DNA of 64,000 nucleotides from Styela clava (Eukaryota): contig NC_135255.1 of assembly GCF_964204865.1 (NCBI RefSeq), positions 18,476,001-18,540,000 of the forward strand, read 5' to 3'. Shown piece by piece: positions 1 to 13,356 of this stretch. The position numbers and the translations under genes are program-made. The stretch's first letter is position 1; each line of letters opens with the position of its first letter. The notes under the pieces are model-generated. The model saw only the letters and a program-made list of their open reading frames with translations. It did no database searches and was not told the DNA's origin.

Positions 1-1019
1 TATATTAGAGCTATAATCAAGGAAGATCATAAAAATAGACATTTCGATTTAAAAAGTTCTACCCCAATTTGGTATGGAAGATAAGAGAAGGGCAGTAATT
101 TTTGTTCTCTTTCGTTCGCCTATAGTTGTAGAAAATGTACAATGCTCACCCAATAGAATGTGAACAATAAATTATTGAGAAATAATATGATGAGAGAATT
201 GAAATGTGACGTCATGTTTCTAACTGTGACGTAAGTATATTGGGTTTCTCGTTTTGTTGCGAAAAATAATAATCTTGCTTATTTCCTAAATATATCGTTA
301 TGTTATATGCCTCATTCATCACCTCCGAAAACCATCCATCTTGACAATTTCTCAGAAACGACTGGTATTGTTCAGCGACATACTTTAACAATGAACTAGT
401 ACACTGATTTACAACCTATGTTCCGGAAACTACGTAAAGGCAAGCTTCCTCGACAAACCTGCTTGGAATGCAAGATAGTTTATTCAAATATTTGTAAGGA
501 CTTTTGAATGAGAGATTCAACATTGCGATAAGTTGCTAAATGAGGTTGAATACGCGTATTCGAATAAGACATCCTTACCTCAGTAAATCCAATACAGTGC
601 TTAACATACGCAAAGAAAAATATATTTTGCTTACCAAACAGAACTCTGAAAATAAACCTATTTTAACTAACATAAGAAACAGTCCATATTGAGTCAAAAA
701 GTTCAAGGTTAGTTTTAAATATACAACAAACCGTATTAAAGGAATTGCAGATACGTTGCATGAGAACTAGTAACTGAAGTCGATATCCTTGCATCGGTTG
801 ATGGTTTTGCCCGATACAGATATATATTATGAAGCGTGCCAATAACAGTCGATATAATTTCATACATATTCCTTCTATGTTTCAACGTAAGTTGAAAACG
901 AACTGCTTCGAATTCTGGTCGGGGAAATCACATTACAAATTATAGATATATCGCAAAACATAACATGAATTATGGCCATATTTTGAGCTATCTAGTCAAG
1001 TACAAATATAACAGGCCTG

Positions 1020-1672
1020 ATTAAGATCGAGAGTACTAAACTTTTAAGGGCACAATATTACATGCGTTAATACGTATACAAAAAATACATATTATAGTAT
1101 GATTTAACATTACTTCTTTCAACCTAAATATATTTCTTTTTAAACTCGCGCGGTAATTTTAAAGGACTTTTATATAAAATTTCTGCATATATATAAGATA
1201 TATATATCGGGTGTGTAACTGCGTCGACCATTTGCGCAGTAAAATCTCATTCTCACGCACACAAAGTGTGGGTCCTCATATTTTCTAACGCCGAGATAGA
1301 TGTTCGTTCCATGTTCAAGTTACATGTGTACTTTGCTCGCATTCTGATAATACTGTTGTAATATTTGACATAGTTTGTAGACTCTGCTCAGTCTTAAAAT
1401 ATCCATGCTCACTAGAACAACTTTTGCCCACTGTAACATTTTTTTAGACGAAACACTGCGCGTCACGCAAGTTATCCGATACAACAAAAATTTATACGGC
1501 CATTAGTCACGCCACTAAATTTGACACAATTCAGCAGGTCAGGAATATGATAATCAGCTAATCCTCTACAAAAGGTTGCCCTTTCCAACGAATAAATAAC
1601 AGAACCTTACCTATCAATAAAAATATTGAGAAAATTTTATCTATTTCTCGAAATATTCCGATGCAAAGATAC
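1020..1672. repeat. Internal ~650-bp direct repeat (homologous to ~3060-3730): intron 1 plus a leader-exon copy with ATG changed to ATT
   Basis: Colinear similarity between 1020-1670 and 3060-3730. The minus strand at 1635-1611 reads ATTTTCTCAATATTTTTATTGATAG|gtaagg. Confidence 0.85.
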
Positions 1673-1931
1673 CAGTGATATATCTACAACCCTTATAAGG
1701 GGTGAACACCCCCTTGATTTTGAGTTGTGACACCTCACTTTATTCCCAGAATTCAACAAAATTGTGTTTAAATATCCAGAAAGTAGATTAGTTTGATCAG
1801 TCAAATACATAACATATTTTTACAATAGTTACAAATAGTTTTATCACTGATAGCAAGATTTCTACCACCCCCTAAATTTAGAATCCTCCCCCGCCCCGCC
1901 CCCCTAAAATAAAAAGCTGGGGAACCTATTA
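1673..1931. mobile_element. Short hAT-type non-autonomous element (also at 7428-7686)
   Basis: Both ends match, in reverse complement, the ends of the 37104-38151 element (cagtgat...ggggtgaacacccc; aaaagctggggaac). Confidence 0.75.
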
Positions 1932-2416
1932 GAATGACAACTAGTAAACTACTCCATAAAGGGCTATAACTTCACCATCTGTCCGTGGACAGGAATAGGT
2001 ATGTCGACGTAAACAATTTTTTTTACAATAGTTTTGTGTTTTTCTCATTACATATTAGGAGTTTAGCGTTAGGAGTGTGAAACATATTTTCCGTTTTAAG
2101 CAAAGTGTTTGCTTATAGATAAGGGTTAAGGTTTAGCTCACAAGTCCTAATTGAATGTTGCTATTGTTTTCATTTTTAGAATTAAAATTAAGTAAGTTGT
2201 CGACCTGTTTTTTAGATTAGTCGTAAACTTTAGCAACCCATTTCTTTACAGAGTCTACCATAACCATTTCAAACTGTTTCTGTAAGGACGTCGAGTACTT
2301 TCGCTACTGTTTCCACAATGCAAATCATCATTTTTCAACACATATAAGCGACTATGTCGGGTATATCCGTCTATTTCATGCTTGTAGACTAGGTATTTCA
2401 CTGATTGCAATAGACT

Positions 2417-3250
2417 TCAATTAAAGTTGTGGAGTTGTGAAGATTGAGAAACCTGGCATATTATAGGTTTAAGGAAGTTAAGAGCGCGAAGTGTCTCCGC
2501 AAACACGTTATAGGCTTTTGTGCAGTCATTTCCCTCCAAGATCCAGTTTCTCGCCAGCCCCTTGCCATTACCAATTTGCGCAGGATACTTTGCACACAGA
2601 TCAATTGTTTCAGTATCTTGCCCCAAACACCTGTTTGCCACTGTGACGAAAACAAATTACGATATGAATCAGCTATAAGCTGCCTTATCGCAGTTCAGGA
2701 AAGTAATATGAGTAAAAAATGAATACATTTATTATATTATAAACAAAATTGTTTATATATCACTTTTCATTACTATATTTTACCAGAAAATAGTCACTAT
2801 GATTAGATACTATACCACGTCGCTGGAACATGAAATGCTAGCCCATTTTATAGAACTGAGATAATAATTTAACACGCTTGAGTGTTCAAAATGAATATGA
2901 GGTAAAAAAGTACTGAGCCTCATTCATTAGGGTTCTGATATACAAATTGTGAAGATTTATTGGGGTCGCCTAACTTCTGCTGTACATGCGCACGTATGGC
3001 ACTAGGCTTCGAAGGTATCGAAGTGAAATTTGTATGGCCTGAACTGTGGCCTTAAAATCGAGAGTAAATCGAGAGTACTAAATTTCTAAACTTTTGAGGC
3101 ACAATATTAGATTAAAACGTATACAAAAAGTACATATTACAGTATGTTTTAACATAACTTCTTTCAAATGAAGTATATTTTCTTCTTAACTCGCGCAGTA
3201 ATTATTAATGAAATTTATATATAAATCGCTGCAGATAGGTAATGATACGA

Positions 3251-3283
<33 letters not shown>

Positions 3284-3700
3284 CATCTAGGTTCCCTATA
3301 TGGTGCGTAACTGCGCCGACCATTGGGTGTGGGTCGTCATATTTTCTAACGCCGAGCTAGATGTTCGTTCCATGTTTGAATTACATGTGTAGTTTGCTCG
3401 CATTTTGATAATACTGTTGTAATATCTGACATAGTTTGTAGACTCTGCTCAGCCTTAAAATATTCATGCTCATTAGAACAAACATTTGCTCAGTGTAACA
3501 TTTTCTTGGAGGAAATACTGCTCGTCACCCACGTTATCCGATACAACAAAAATTTAAACGGCCATTATTCACGCCACTAAATTTGGCACAATTCAGCAGG
3601 ACAGGGACATGATCTTTAGCTAATTCCTTACACAAAGGTTGCCCTTTCCAACGATTAGAAAAAAGGAAGCCTTACCTATCAATAAAAGTATGAAAAACAT
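2417..3700 (-). pseudogene. Truncated CUB-receptor family copy U1 (signal exon plus partial first CUB exon; 82 aa if read to the stop)
   Basis: Leader 3700-3676 is ATG...ATAG|GTAAGG (MFFILLLI). The acceptor cacag at 2641 gives VANRCLGQDTETIDLC...WILEGNDC, homologous to gene G (ANACLGGDIDKTIDMC...WTLRGNDC). Similarity is lost after GNDC. Confidence 0.8.
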
Positions 3701-3829
3701 TTTATCGATTCCTTGAAATATCCCGATGCAAAAGTAAGATACTTGACCCTTTAGACCACACAGTGTCTAATGACAAACAATTTCATGTATATACGCCAAG
3801 CTGTCCACATGAAAGTATAAATGAATCAT

Positions 3830-4046
3830 TTCCCGTAGTGCGTGTACCAGGTTAGGGTTAGGCCATGATTTTATTCCGATTTTCTTTATTTTAGTTCCCT
3901 ATTTTAGTTTCGATTTCGAGGACTGTAGTGTTAGCCAAGTGATATACCCTCTGCCCATAGTGTTCCGTCCCCATGCACAACTTGATGTAAAGTAGGCGAA
4001 CAAAATTGGTTACCTCCCTATTGGTACACATACTTCTGGAGCGCCC
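3830..4046 (+). mobile_element. ~215-bp MITE family with ~24-bp imperfect TIRs and internal GGTTAGGGTTAGG
   Basis: Ends tcccgtagtg(t/c)gtgtacca and tggtacacatacttctggagcgcc. Other copies at ~9585, 15030, 29077, 36805, 41358(-), 51641, 52498(-); variants at ~16078 and 16802. Confidence 0.8.
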
Positions 4047-4893
4047 CATATTTAGCGTTTGTTTGCAAGGAAATGTACAAATGACTACTAATACAACCTC
4101 CTACAGTATTTATTTTTGCTTCGTCAAAATTAAAATATCTGCGAGGGTTACCTTACAAGCTAGCTGTTTGATTTTATTTATACTAACGCCGCCTCCTTTC
4201 ATAAAAGAGAACACGGCACATTGTATGCACGTCCATATTTATTGTTTGACTACTGTATTTATTTATTGTCATTCTCTATTCAAACTGGCAATACGAAAAA
4301 TATGTCGTTTGGCACATTATTGAGTTGTCATAATGATTTTTCTCATTTTTGAAATAAAAATATGTCCTATGCTATTCCAATACCCTTTCTTCTGTGCTAT
4401 TAAAATGGAGATAACACTGGTTTCGCCTACCAACTACTGCTGTGGGCTATAGACATAAGAAAGTTGCTATGCAATACATGGAACAATGCAAGTCATTGAC
4501 AGTTTATGTGGATCTATAGAAAAGCTATTGACACAAAGTCTTGCCTTATTATGGAGTTCGGATGTTTCAAACAATGAATCGCGCTCAACCTCCACCGTTT
4601 TCTTTCATATACACTCGTGTTGATTTACTGTTTATAAATATTGCGTGGCTGCGCATTGTAAGTAGTAAATACTTACCTGAGTGCATTACCTAAAAACATT
4701 ATAAAAAATCATGTATCAATACTGGTATGCAAAGACTCAATGAAACTTCGCCGCCCATATTTAAGAATAAAAGGTTACATTTTTGTAGGGCAATGCTTGG
4801 TTTTATCGTAACTAGTTATATATCAACCTGGTAGCGTGATTAAAATGTGACCAGAACCCTTATTAAACTTTCTAAGCTTTGAAATCGCTGGTA

Positions 4894-5207
4894 CAGTGGT
4901 TCCCTAACTTTTTATGGCTCGTGGACCCCTTCGTGGCTTTTAGCACTCATAGGTCCCTTCCTAATCATTCCCGTGGTATTTATAGTGGTATTGTAATTGG
5001 TAGATTCCAAATCCCATAATGTACAAACAATTAATGCTCAACAAAGTGAAAACATCCTTTGAAATACCCTTATCAAGCAATGAAACTAAGAAGAACGGTG
5101 TGTTTTCTTGTAAAGTGAAAAGCAAAATCAGTTCTACGCCTAGCACTGTGCCCCTTCCCATATACTGTTCTGTGGGTCACTTGAGAAGCCATGGTTGGGA
5201 ACCACTG
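4894..5207. mobile_element. hAT-type MITE (also at 10649-10962)
   Basis: TIR cagtggttccc / gggaaccactg; 8-bp TSD cgctggta / cgctagta (7 of 8 match). Confidence 0.85.
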
Positions 5208-8171
5208 CGCTAGTATGACCCCATATAGTATGGCATGACGTATTGATATGATACTGATTTGAAACACTTATCCGAATTCATCAGAAAAATATATTCTTTC
5301 AAATAGAAGATCTGTTCATCTAAAAATTCAATTTACTTTGCTTTTACATTATTTATTATTAATGTACCTTCTGTTCAGAAAACATACATAATCCGGCGTG
5401 ATTCAAAAATTTCGTTTTCGACTCTTAACTAACAAAAAAAGAAGGTGGCAAAACCATCGGAGTCTGAAAGACTCAAAATGTATAACACCAATATATTGAC
5501 TTCTCCTGGCTTGAGTCAAATTAAGAACTCATGTGCTGGTGTAGAAATGAAGATACTGCCAGGAAGCAAGGTCTGATGACGTAGAATGCGCAGCAGGGAT
5601 GATAAAGATAAATGTTGTTATTACTGCAACTAACATCTCGGGGGTGACTGAAAATGGTCCAAACTAAGGGTTCTACTATCGGCACGTCAGTAAAGGACAC
5701 TCCAACGTTCAAGTCACGGTATTTTGACACTAGAACAGGGACTACTACATAAGTATATATTAGAGCTATAATCAAGGAAGATCATAAAAATAGACATTTC
5801 GATTTAAAAAGTTCTACCCCAATTTGGTATGGAAGATAAGAGAAGGGCAGTAATTTTTGTTCTCTTTCGTTCGCCTATAGTTGTAGAAAATGTACAATGC
5901 TCACCCAATAGAATGTGAACAATAAATTATTGAGAAATAATATGATGAGAGAATTGAAATGTGACGTCATGTTTCTAACTGTGACGTAAGTATATTGGGT
6001 TTCTCGTTTTGTTGCGAAAAATAATAATCTTGCTTATTTCCTAAATATATCGTTATGTTATATGCCTCATTCATCACCTCCGAAAACCATCCATCTTGAC
6101 AATTTCTCAGAAACGACTGGTATTGTTCAGCGACATACTTTAACAATGAACTAGTACACTGATTTACAACCTATGTTCCGGAAACTACGTAAAGGCAAGC
6201 TTCCTCGACAAACCTGCTTGGAATGCAAGATAGTTTATTCAAATATTTGTAAGGACTTTTGAATGAGAGATTCAACATTGCGATAAGTTGCTAAATGAGG
6301 TTGAATACGCGTATTCGAATAAGACATCCTTACCTCAGTAAATCCAATACAGTGCTTAACATACGCAAAGAAAAATATATTTTGCTTACCAAACAGAACT
6401 CTGAAAATAAACCTATTTTAACTAACATAAGAAACAGTCCATATTGAGTCAAAAAGTTCAAGGTTAGTTTTAAATATACAACAAACCGTATTAAAGGAAT
6501 TGCAGATACGTTGCATGAGAACTAGTAACTGAAGTCGATATCCTTGCATCGGTTGATGGTTTTGCCCGATACAGATATATATTATGAAGCGTGCCAATAA
6601 CAGTCGATATAATTTCATACATATTCCTTCTATGTTTCAACGTAAGTTGAAAACGAACTGCTTCGAATTCTGGTCGGGGAAATCACATTACAAATTATAG
6701 ATATATCGCAAAACATAACATGAATTATGGCCATATTTTGAGCTATCTAGTCAAGTACAAATATAACAGGCCTGATTAAGATCGAGAGTACTAAACTTTT
6801 AAGGGCACAATATTACATGCGTTAATACGTATACAAAAAATACATATTATAGTATGATTTAACATTACTTCTTTCAACCTAAATATATTTCTTTTTAAAC
6901 TCGCGCGGTAATTTTAAAGGACTTTTATATAAAATTTCTGCATATATATAAGATATATATATCGGGTGTGTAACTGCGTCGACCATTTGCGCAGTAAAAT
7001 CTCATTCTCACGCACACAAAGTGTGGGTCCTCATATTTTCTAACGCCGAGATAGATGTTCGTTCCATGTTCAAGTTACATGTGTACTTTGCTCGCATTCT
7101 GATAATACTGTTGTAATATTTGACATAGTTTGTAGACTCTGCTCAGTCTTAAAATATCCATGCTCACTAGAACAACTTTTGCCCACTGTAACATTTTTTT
7201 AGACGAAACACTGCGCGTCACGCAAGTTATCCGATACAACAAAAATTTATACGGCCATTAGTCACGCCACTAAATTTGACACAATTCAGCAGGTCAGGAA
7301 TATGATAATCAGCTAATCCTCTACAAAAGGTTGCCCTTTCCAACGAATAAATAACAGAACCTTACCTATCAATAAAAATATTGAGAAAATTTTATCTATT
7401 TCTCGAAATATTCCGATGCAAAGATACCAGTGATATATCTACAACCCTTATAAGGGGTGAACACCCCCTTGATTTTGAGTTGTGACACCTCACTTTATTC
7501 CCAGAATTCAACAAAATTGTGTTTAAATATCCAGAAAGTAGATTAGTTTGATCAGTCAAATACATAACATATTTTTACAATAGTTACAAATAGTTTTATC
7601 ACTGATAGCAAGATTTCTACCACCCCCTAAATTTAGAATCCTCCCCCGCCCCGCCCCCCTAAAATAAAAAGCTGGGGAACCTATTAGAATGACAACTAGT
7701 AAACTACTCCATAAAGGGCTATAACTTCACCATCTGTCCGTGGACAGGAATAGGTATGTCGACGTAAACAATTTTTTTTACAATAGTTTTGTGTTTTTCT
7801 CATTACATATTAGGAGTTTAGCGTTAGGAGTGTGAAACATATTTTCCGTTTTAAGCAAAGTGTTTGCTTATAGATAAGGGTTAAGGTTTAGCTCACAAGT
7901 CCTAATTGAATGTTGCTATTGTTTTCATTTTTAGAATTAAAATTAAGTAAGTTGTCGACCTGTTTTTTAGATTAGTCGTAAACTTTAGCAACCCATTTCT
8001 TTACAGAGTCTACCATAACCATTTCAAACTGTTTCTGTAAGGACGTCGAGTACTTTCGCTACTGTTTCCACAATGCAAATCATCATTTTTCAACACATAT
8101 AAGCGACTATGTCGGGTATATCCGTCTATTTCATGCTTGTAGACTAGGTATTTCACTGATTGCAATAGACT

Positions 8172-9005
8172 TCAATTAAAGTTGTGGAGTTGTGAAGATT
8201 GAGAAACCTGGCATATTATAGGTTTAAGGAAGTTAAGAGCGCGAAGTGTCTCCGCAAACACGTTATAGGCTTTTGTGCAGTCATTTCCCTCCAAGATCCA
8301 GTTTCTCGCCAGCCCCTTGCCATTACCAATTTGCGCAGGATACTTTGCACACAGATCAATTGTTTCAGTATCTTGCCCCAAACACCTGTTTGCCACTGTG
8401 ACGAAAACAAATTACGATATGAATCAGCTATAAGCTGCCTTATCGCAGTTCAGGAAAGTAATATGAGTAAAAAATGAATACATTTATTATATTATAAACA
8501 AAATTGTTTATATATCACTTTTCATTACTATATTTTACCAGAAAATAGTCACTATGATTAGATACTATACCACGTCGCTGGAACATGAAATGCTAGCCCA
8601 TTTTATAGAACTGAGATAATAATTTAACACGCTTGAGTGTTCAAAATGAATATGAGGTAAAAAAGTACTGAGCCTCATTCATTAGGGTTCTGATATACAA
8701 ATTGTGAAGATTTATTGGGGTCGCCTAACTTCTGCTGTACATGCGCACGTATGGCACTAGGCTTCGAAGGTATCGAAGTGAAATTTGTATGGCCTGAACT
8801 GTGGCCTTAAAATCGAGAGTAAATCGAGAGTACTAAATTTCTAAACTTTTGAGGCACAATATTAGATTAAAACGTATACAAAAAGTACATATTACAGTAT
8901 GTTTTAACATAACTTCTTTCAAATGAAGTATATTTTCTTCTTAACTCGCGCAGTAATTATTAATGAAATTTATATATAAATCGCTGCAGATAGGTAATGA
9001 TACGA

Positions 9006-9038
<33 letters not shown>

Positions 9039-9455
9039 CATCTAGGTTCCCTATATGGTGCGTAACTGCGCCGACCATTGGGTGTGGGTCGTCATATTTT
9101 CTAACGCCGAGCTAGATGTTCGTTCCATGTTTGAATTACATGTGTAGTTTGCTCGCATTTTGATAATACTGTTGTAATATCTGACATAGTTTGTAGACTC
9201 TGCTCAGCCTTAAAATATTCATGCTCATTAGAACAAACATTTGCTCAGTGTAACATTTTCTTGGAGGAAATACTGCTCGTCACCCACGTTATCCGATACA
9301 ACAAAAATTTAAACGGCCATTATTCACGCCACTAAATTTGGCACAATTCAGCAGGACAGGGACATGATCTTTAGCTAATTCCTTACACAAAGGTTGCCCT
9401 TTCCAACGATTAGAAAAAAGGAAGCCTTACCTATCAATAAAAGTATGAAAAACAT
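8172..9455 (-). pseudogene. Truncated CUB-receptor family copy U2 (repeat-unit copy of U1)
   Basis: Same sequence as U1 at offset +5755 (leader 9455-9431, exon from 8395). Confidence 0.8.
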
Positions 9456-12400
9456 TTTATCGATTCCTTGAAATATCCCGATGCAAAAGTAAGATACTTG
9501 ACCCTTTAGACCACACAGTGTCTAATGACAAACAATTTCATGTATATACGCCAAGCTGTCCACATGAAAGTATAAATGAATCATTTCCCGTAGTGCGTGT
9601 ACCAGGTTAGGGTTAGGCCATGATTTTATTCCGATTTTCTTTATTTTAGTTCCCTATTTTAGTTTCGATTTCGAGGACTGTAGTGTTAGCCAAGTGATAT
9701 ACCCTCTGCCCATAGTGTTCCGTCCCCATGCACAACTTGATGTAAAGTAGGCGAACAAAATTGGTTACCTCCCTATTGGTACACATACTTCTGGAGCGCC
9801 CCATATTTAGCGTTTGTTTGCAAGGAAATGTACAAATGACTACTAATACAACCTCCTACAGTATTTATTTTTGCTTCGTCAAAATTAAAATATCTGCGAG
9901 GGTTACCTTACAAGCTAGCTGTTTGATTTTATTTATACTAACGCCGCCTCCTTTCATAAAAGAGAACACGGCACATTGTATGCACGTCCATATTTATTGT
10001 TTGACTACTGTATTTATTTATTGTCATTCTCTATTCAAACTGGCAATACGAAAAATATGTCGTTTGGCACATTATTGAGTTGTCATAATGATTTTTCTCA
10101 TTTTTGAAATAAAAATATGTCCTATGCTATTCCAATACCCTTTCTTCTGTGCTATTAAAATGGAGATAACACTGGTTTCGCCTACCAACTACTGCTGTGG
10201 GCTATAGACATAAGAAAGTTGCTATGCAATACATGGAACAATGCAAGTCATTGACAGTTTATGTGGATCTATAGAAAAGCTATTGACACAAAGTCTTGCC
10301 TTATTATGGAGTTCGGATGTTTCAAACAATGAATCGCGCTCAACCTCCACCGTTTTCTTTCATATACACTCGTGTTGATTTACTGTTTATAAATATTGCG
10401 TGGCTGCGCATTGTAAGTAGTAAATACTTACCTGAGTGCATTACCTAAAAACATTATAAAAAATCATGTATCAATACTGGTATGCAAAGACTCAATGAAA
10501 CTTCGCCGCCCATATTTAAGAATAAAAGGTTACATTTTTGTAGGGCAATGCTTGGTTTTATCGTAACTAGTTATATATCAACCTGGTAGCGTGATTAAAA
10601 TGTGACCAGAACCCTTATTAAACTTTCTAAGCTTTGAAATCGCTGGTACAGTGGTTCCCTAACTTTTTATGGCTCGTGGACCCCTTCGTGGCTTTTAGCA
10701 CTCATAGGTCCCTTCCTAATCATTCCCGTGGTATTTATAGTGGTATTGTAATTGGTAGATTCCAAATCCCATAATGTACAAACAATTAATGCTCAACAAA
10801 GTGAAAACATCCTTTGAAATACCCTTATCAAGCAATGAAACTAAGAAGAACGGTGTGTTTTCTTGTAAAGTGAAAAGCAAAATCAGTTCTACGCCTAGCA
10901 CTGTGCCCCTTCCCATATACTGTTCTGTGGGTCACTTGAGAAGCCATGGTTGGGAACCACTGCGCTAGTATGACCCCATATAGTATGGCATGACGTATTG
11001 ATATGATACTGATTTGAAACACTTATCCGAATTCATCAGAAAAATATATTCTTTCAAATAGAAGATCTGTTCATCTAAAAATTCAATTTACTTTGCTTTT
11101 ACATTATTTATTATTAATGTACCTTCTGTTCAGAAAACATACATAATCCGGCGTGATTCAAAAATTTCGTTTTCGACTCTTAACTAACAAAAAAAGAAGG
11201 TGGCAAAACCATCGGAGTCTGAAAGACTCAAAATGTATAACACCAATATATTGACTTCTCCTGGCTTGAGTCAAATTAAGAACTCATGTGCTGGTGTAGA
11301 AATGAAGATACTGCCAGGAAGCAAGGTCTGATGACGTAGAATGCGCAGCAGGGATGATAAAGATAAATGTTGTTATTACTGCAACTAACATCTCGGGGGT
11401 GACTGAAAATGGTCCAAACTAAGGGTTCTACTATCGGCACGTCAGTAAAGGACACTCCAACGTTCAAGTCACGGTATTTTGACACTAGAACAGGGACTAC
11501 TACATAAGTATATATTAGAGCTATAATCAAGGAAGATCATAAAAATAGACATTTCGATTTAAAAAGTTCTACCCCAATTTGGTATGGAAGATAAGAGAAG
11601 GGCAGTAATTTTTGTTCTCTTTCGTTCGCCTATAGTTGTAGAAAATGTACAATGCTCACCCAATAGAATGTGAACAATAAATTATTGAGAAATAATATGA
11701 TGAGAGAATTGAAATGTGACGTCATGTTTCTAACTGTGACGTAAGTATATTGGGTTTCTCGTTTTGTTGCGAAAAATAATAATCTTGCTTATTTCCTAAA
11801 TATATCGTTATGTTATATGCCTCATTCATCACCTCCGAAAACCATCCATCTTGACAATTTCTCAGAAACGACTGGTATTGTTCAGCGACATACTTTAACA
11901 ATGAACTAGTACACTGATTTACAACCTATGTTCCGGAAACTACGTAAAGGCAAGCTTCCTCGACAAACCTGCTTGGAATGCAAGATAGTTTATTCAAATA
12001 TTTGTAAGGACTTTTGAATGAGAGATTCAACATTGCGATAAGTTGCTAAATGAGGTTGAATACGCGTATTCGAATAAGACATCCTTACCTCAGTAAATCC
12101 AATACAGTGCTTAACATACGCAAAGAAAAATATATTTTGCTTACCAAACAGAACTCTGAAAATAAACCTATTTTAACTAACATAAGAAACAGTCCATATT
12201 GAGTCAAAAAGTTCAAGGTTAGTTTTAAATATACAACAAACCGTATTAAAGGAATTGCAGATACGTTGCATGAGAACTAGTAACTGAAGTCGATATCCTT
12301 GCATCGGTTGATGGTTTTGCCCGATACAGATATATATTATGAAGCGTGCCAATAACAGTCGATATAATTTCATACATATTCCTTCTATGTTTCAACGTAA

Positions 12401-13156
12401 GTTGAAAACGAACTGCTTCGAATTCTGGTCGGGGAAATCACATTACAAATTATAGATATATCGCAAAACATAACATGAATTATGGCCATATTTTGAGCTA
12501 TCTAGTCAAGTACAAATATAACAGGCCTGATTAAGATCGAGAGTACTAAACTTTTAAGGGCACAATATTACATGCGTTAATACGTATACAAAAAATACAT
12601 ATTATAGTATGATTTAACATTACTTCTTTCAACCTAAATATATTTCTTTTTAAACTCGCGCGGTAATTTTAAAGGACTTTTATATAAAATTTCTGCATAT
12701 ATATAAGATATATATATCGGGTGTGTAACTGCGTCGACCATTTGCGCAGTAAAATCTCATTCTCACGCACACAAAGTGTGGGTCCTCATATTTTCTAACG
12801 CCGAGATAGATGTTCGTTCCATGTTCAAGTTACATGTGTACTTTGCTCGCATTCTGATAATACTGTTGTAATATTTGACATAGTTTGTAGACTCTGCTCA
12901 GTCTTAAAATATCCATGCTCACTAGAACAACTTTTGCCCACTGTAACATTTTTTTAGACGAAACACTGCGCGTCACGCAAGTTATCCGATACAACAAAAA
13001 TTTATACGGCCATTAGTCACGCCACTAAATTTGACACAATTCAGCAGGTCAGGAATATGATAATCAGCTAATCCTCTACAAAAGGTTGCCCTTTCCAACG
13101 AATAAATAACAGAACCTTACCTATCAATAAAAATATTGAGAAAATTTTATCTATTT

Positions 13157-13356
13157 NNNNNNNNNNNNNNNNNNNNNNNNNNNNNNNNNNNNNNNNNNNN
13201 NNNNNNNNNNNNNNNNNNNNNNNNNNNNNNNNNNNNNNNNNNNNNNNNNNNNNNNNNNNNNNNNNNNNNNNNNNNNNNNNNNNNNNNNNNNNNNNNNNNN
13301 NNNNNNNNNNNNNNNNNNNNNNNNNNNNNNNNNNNNNNNNNNNNNNNNNNNNNNNN
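13157..13356. other. Assembly gap (200 N)
   Basis: Run of N inside the tandem array. Confidence 1.
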
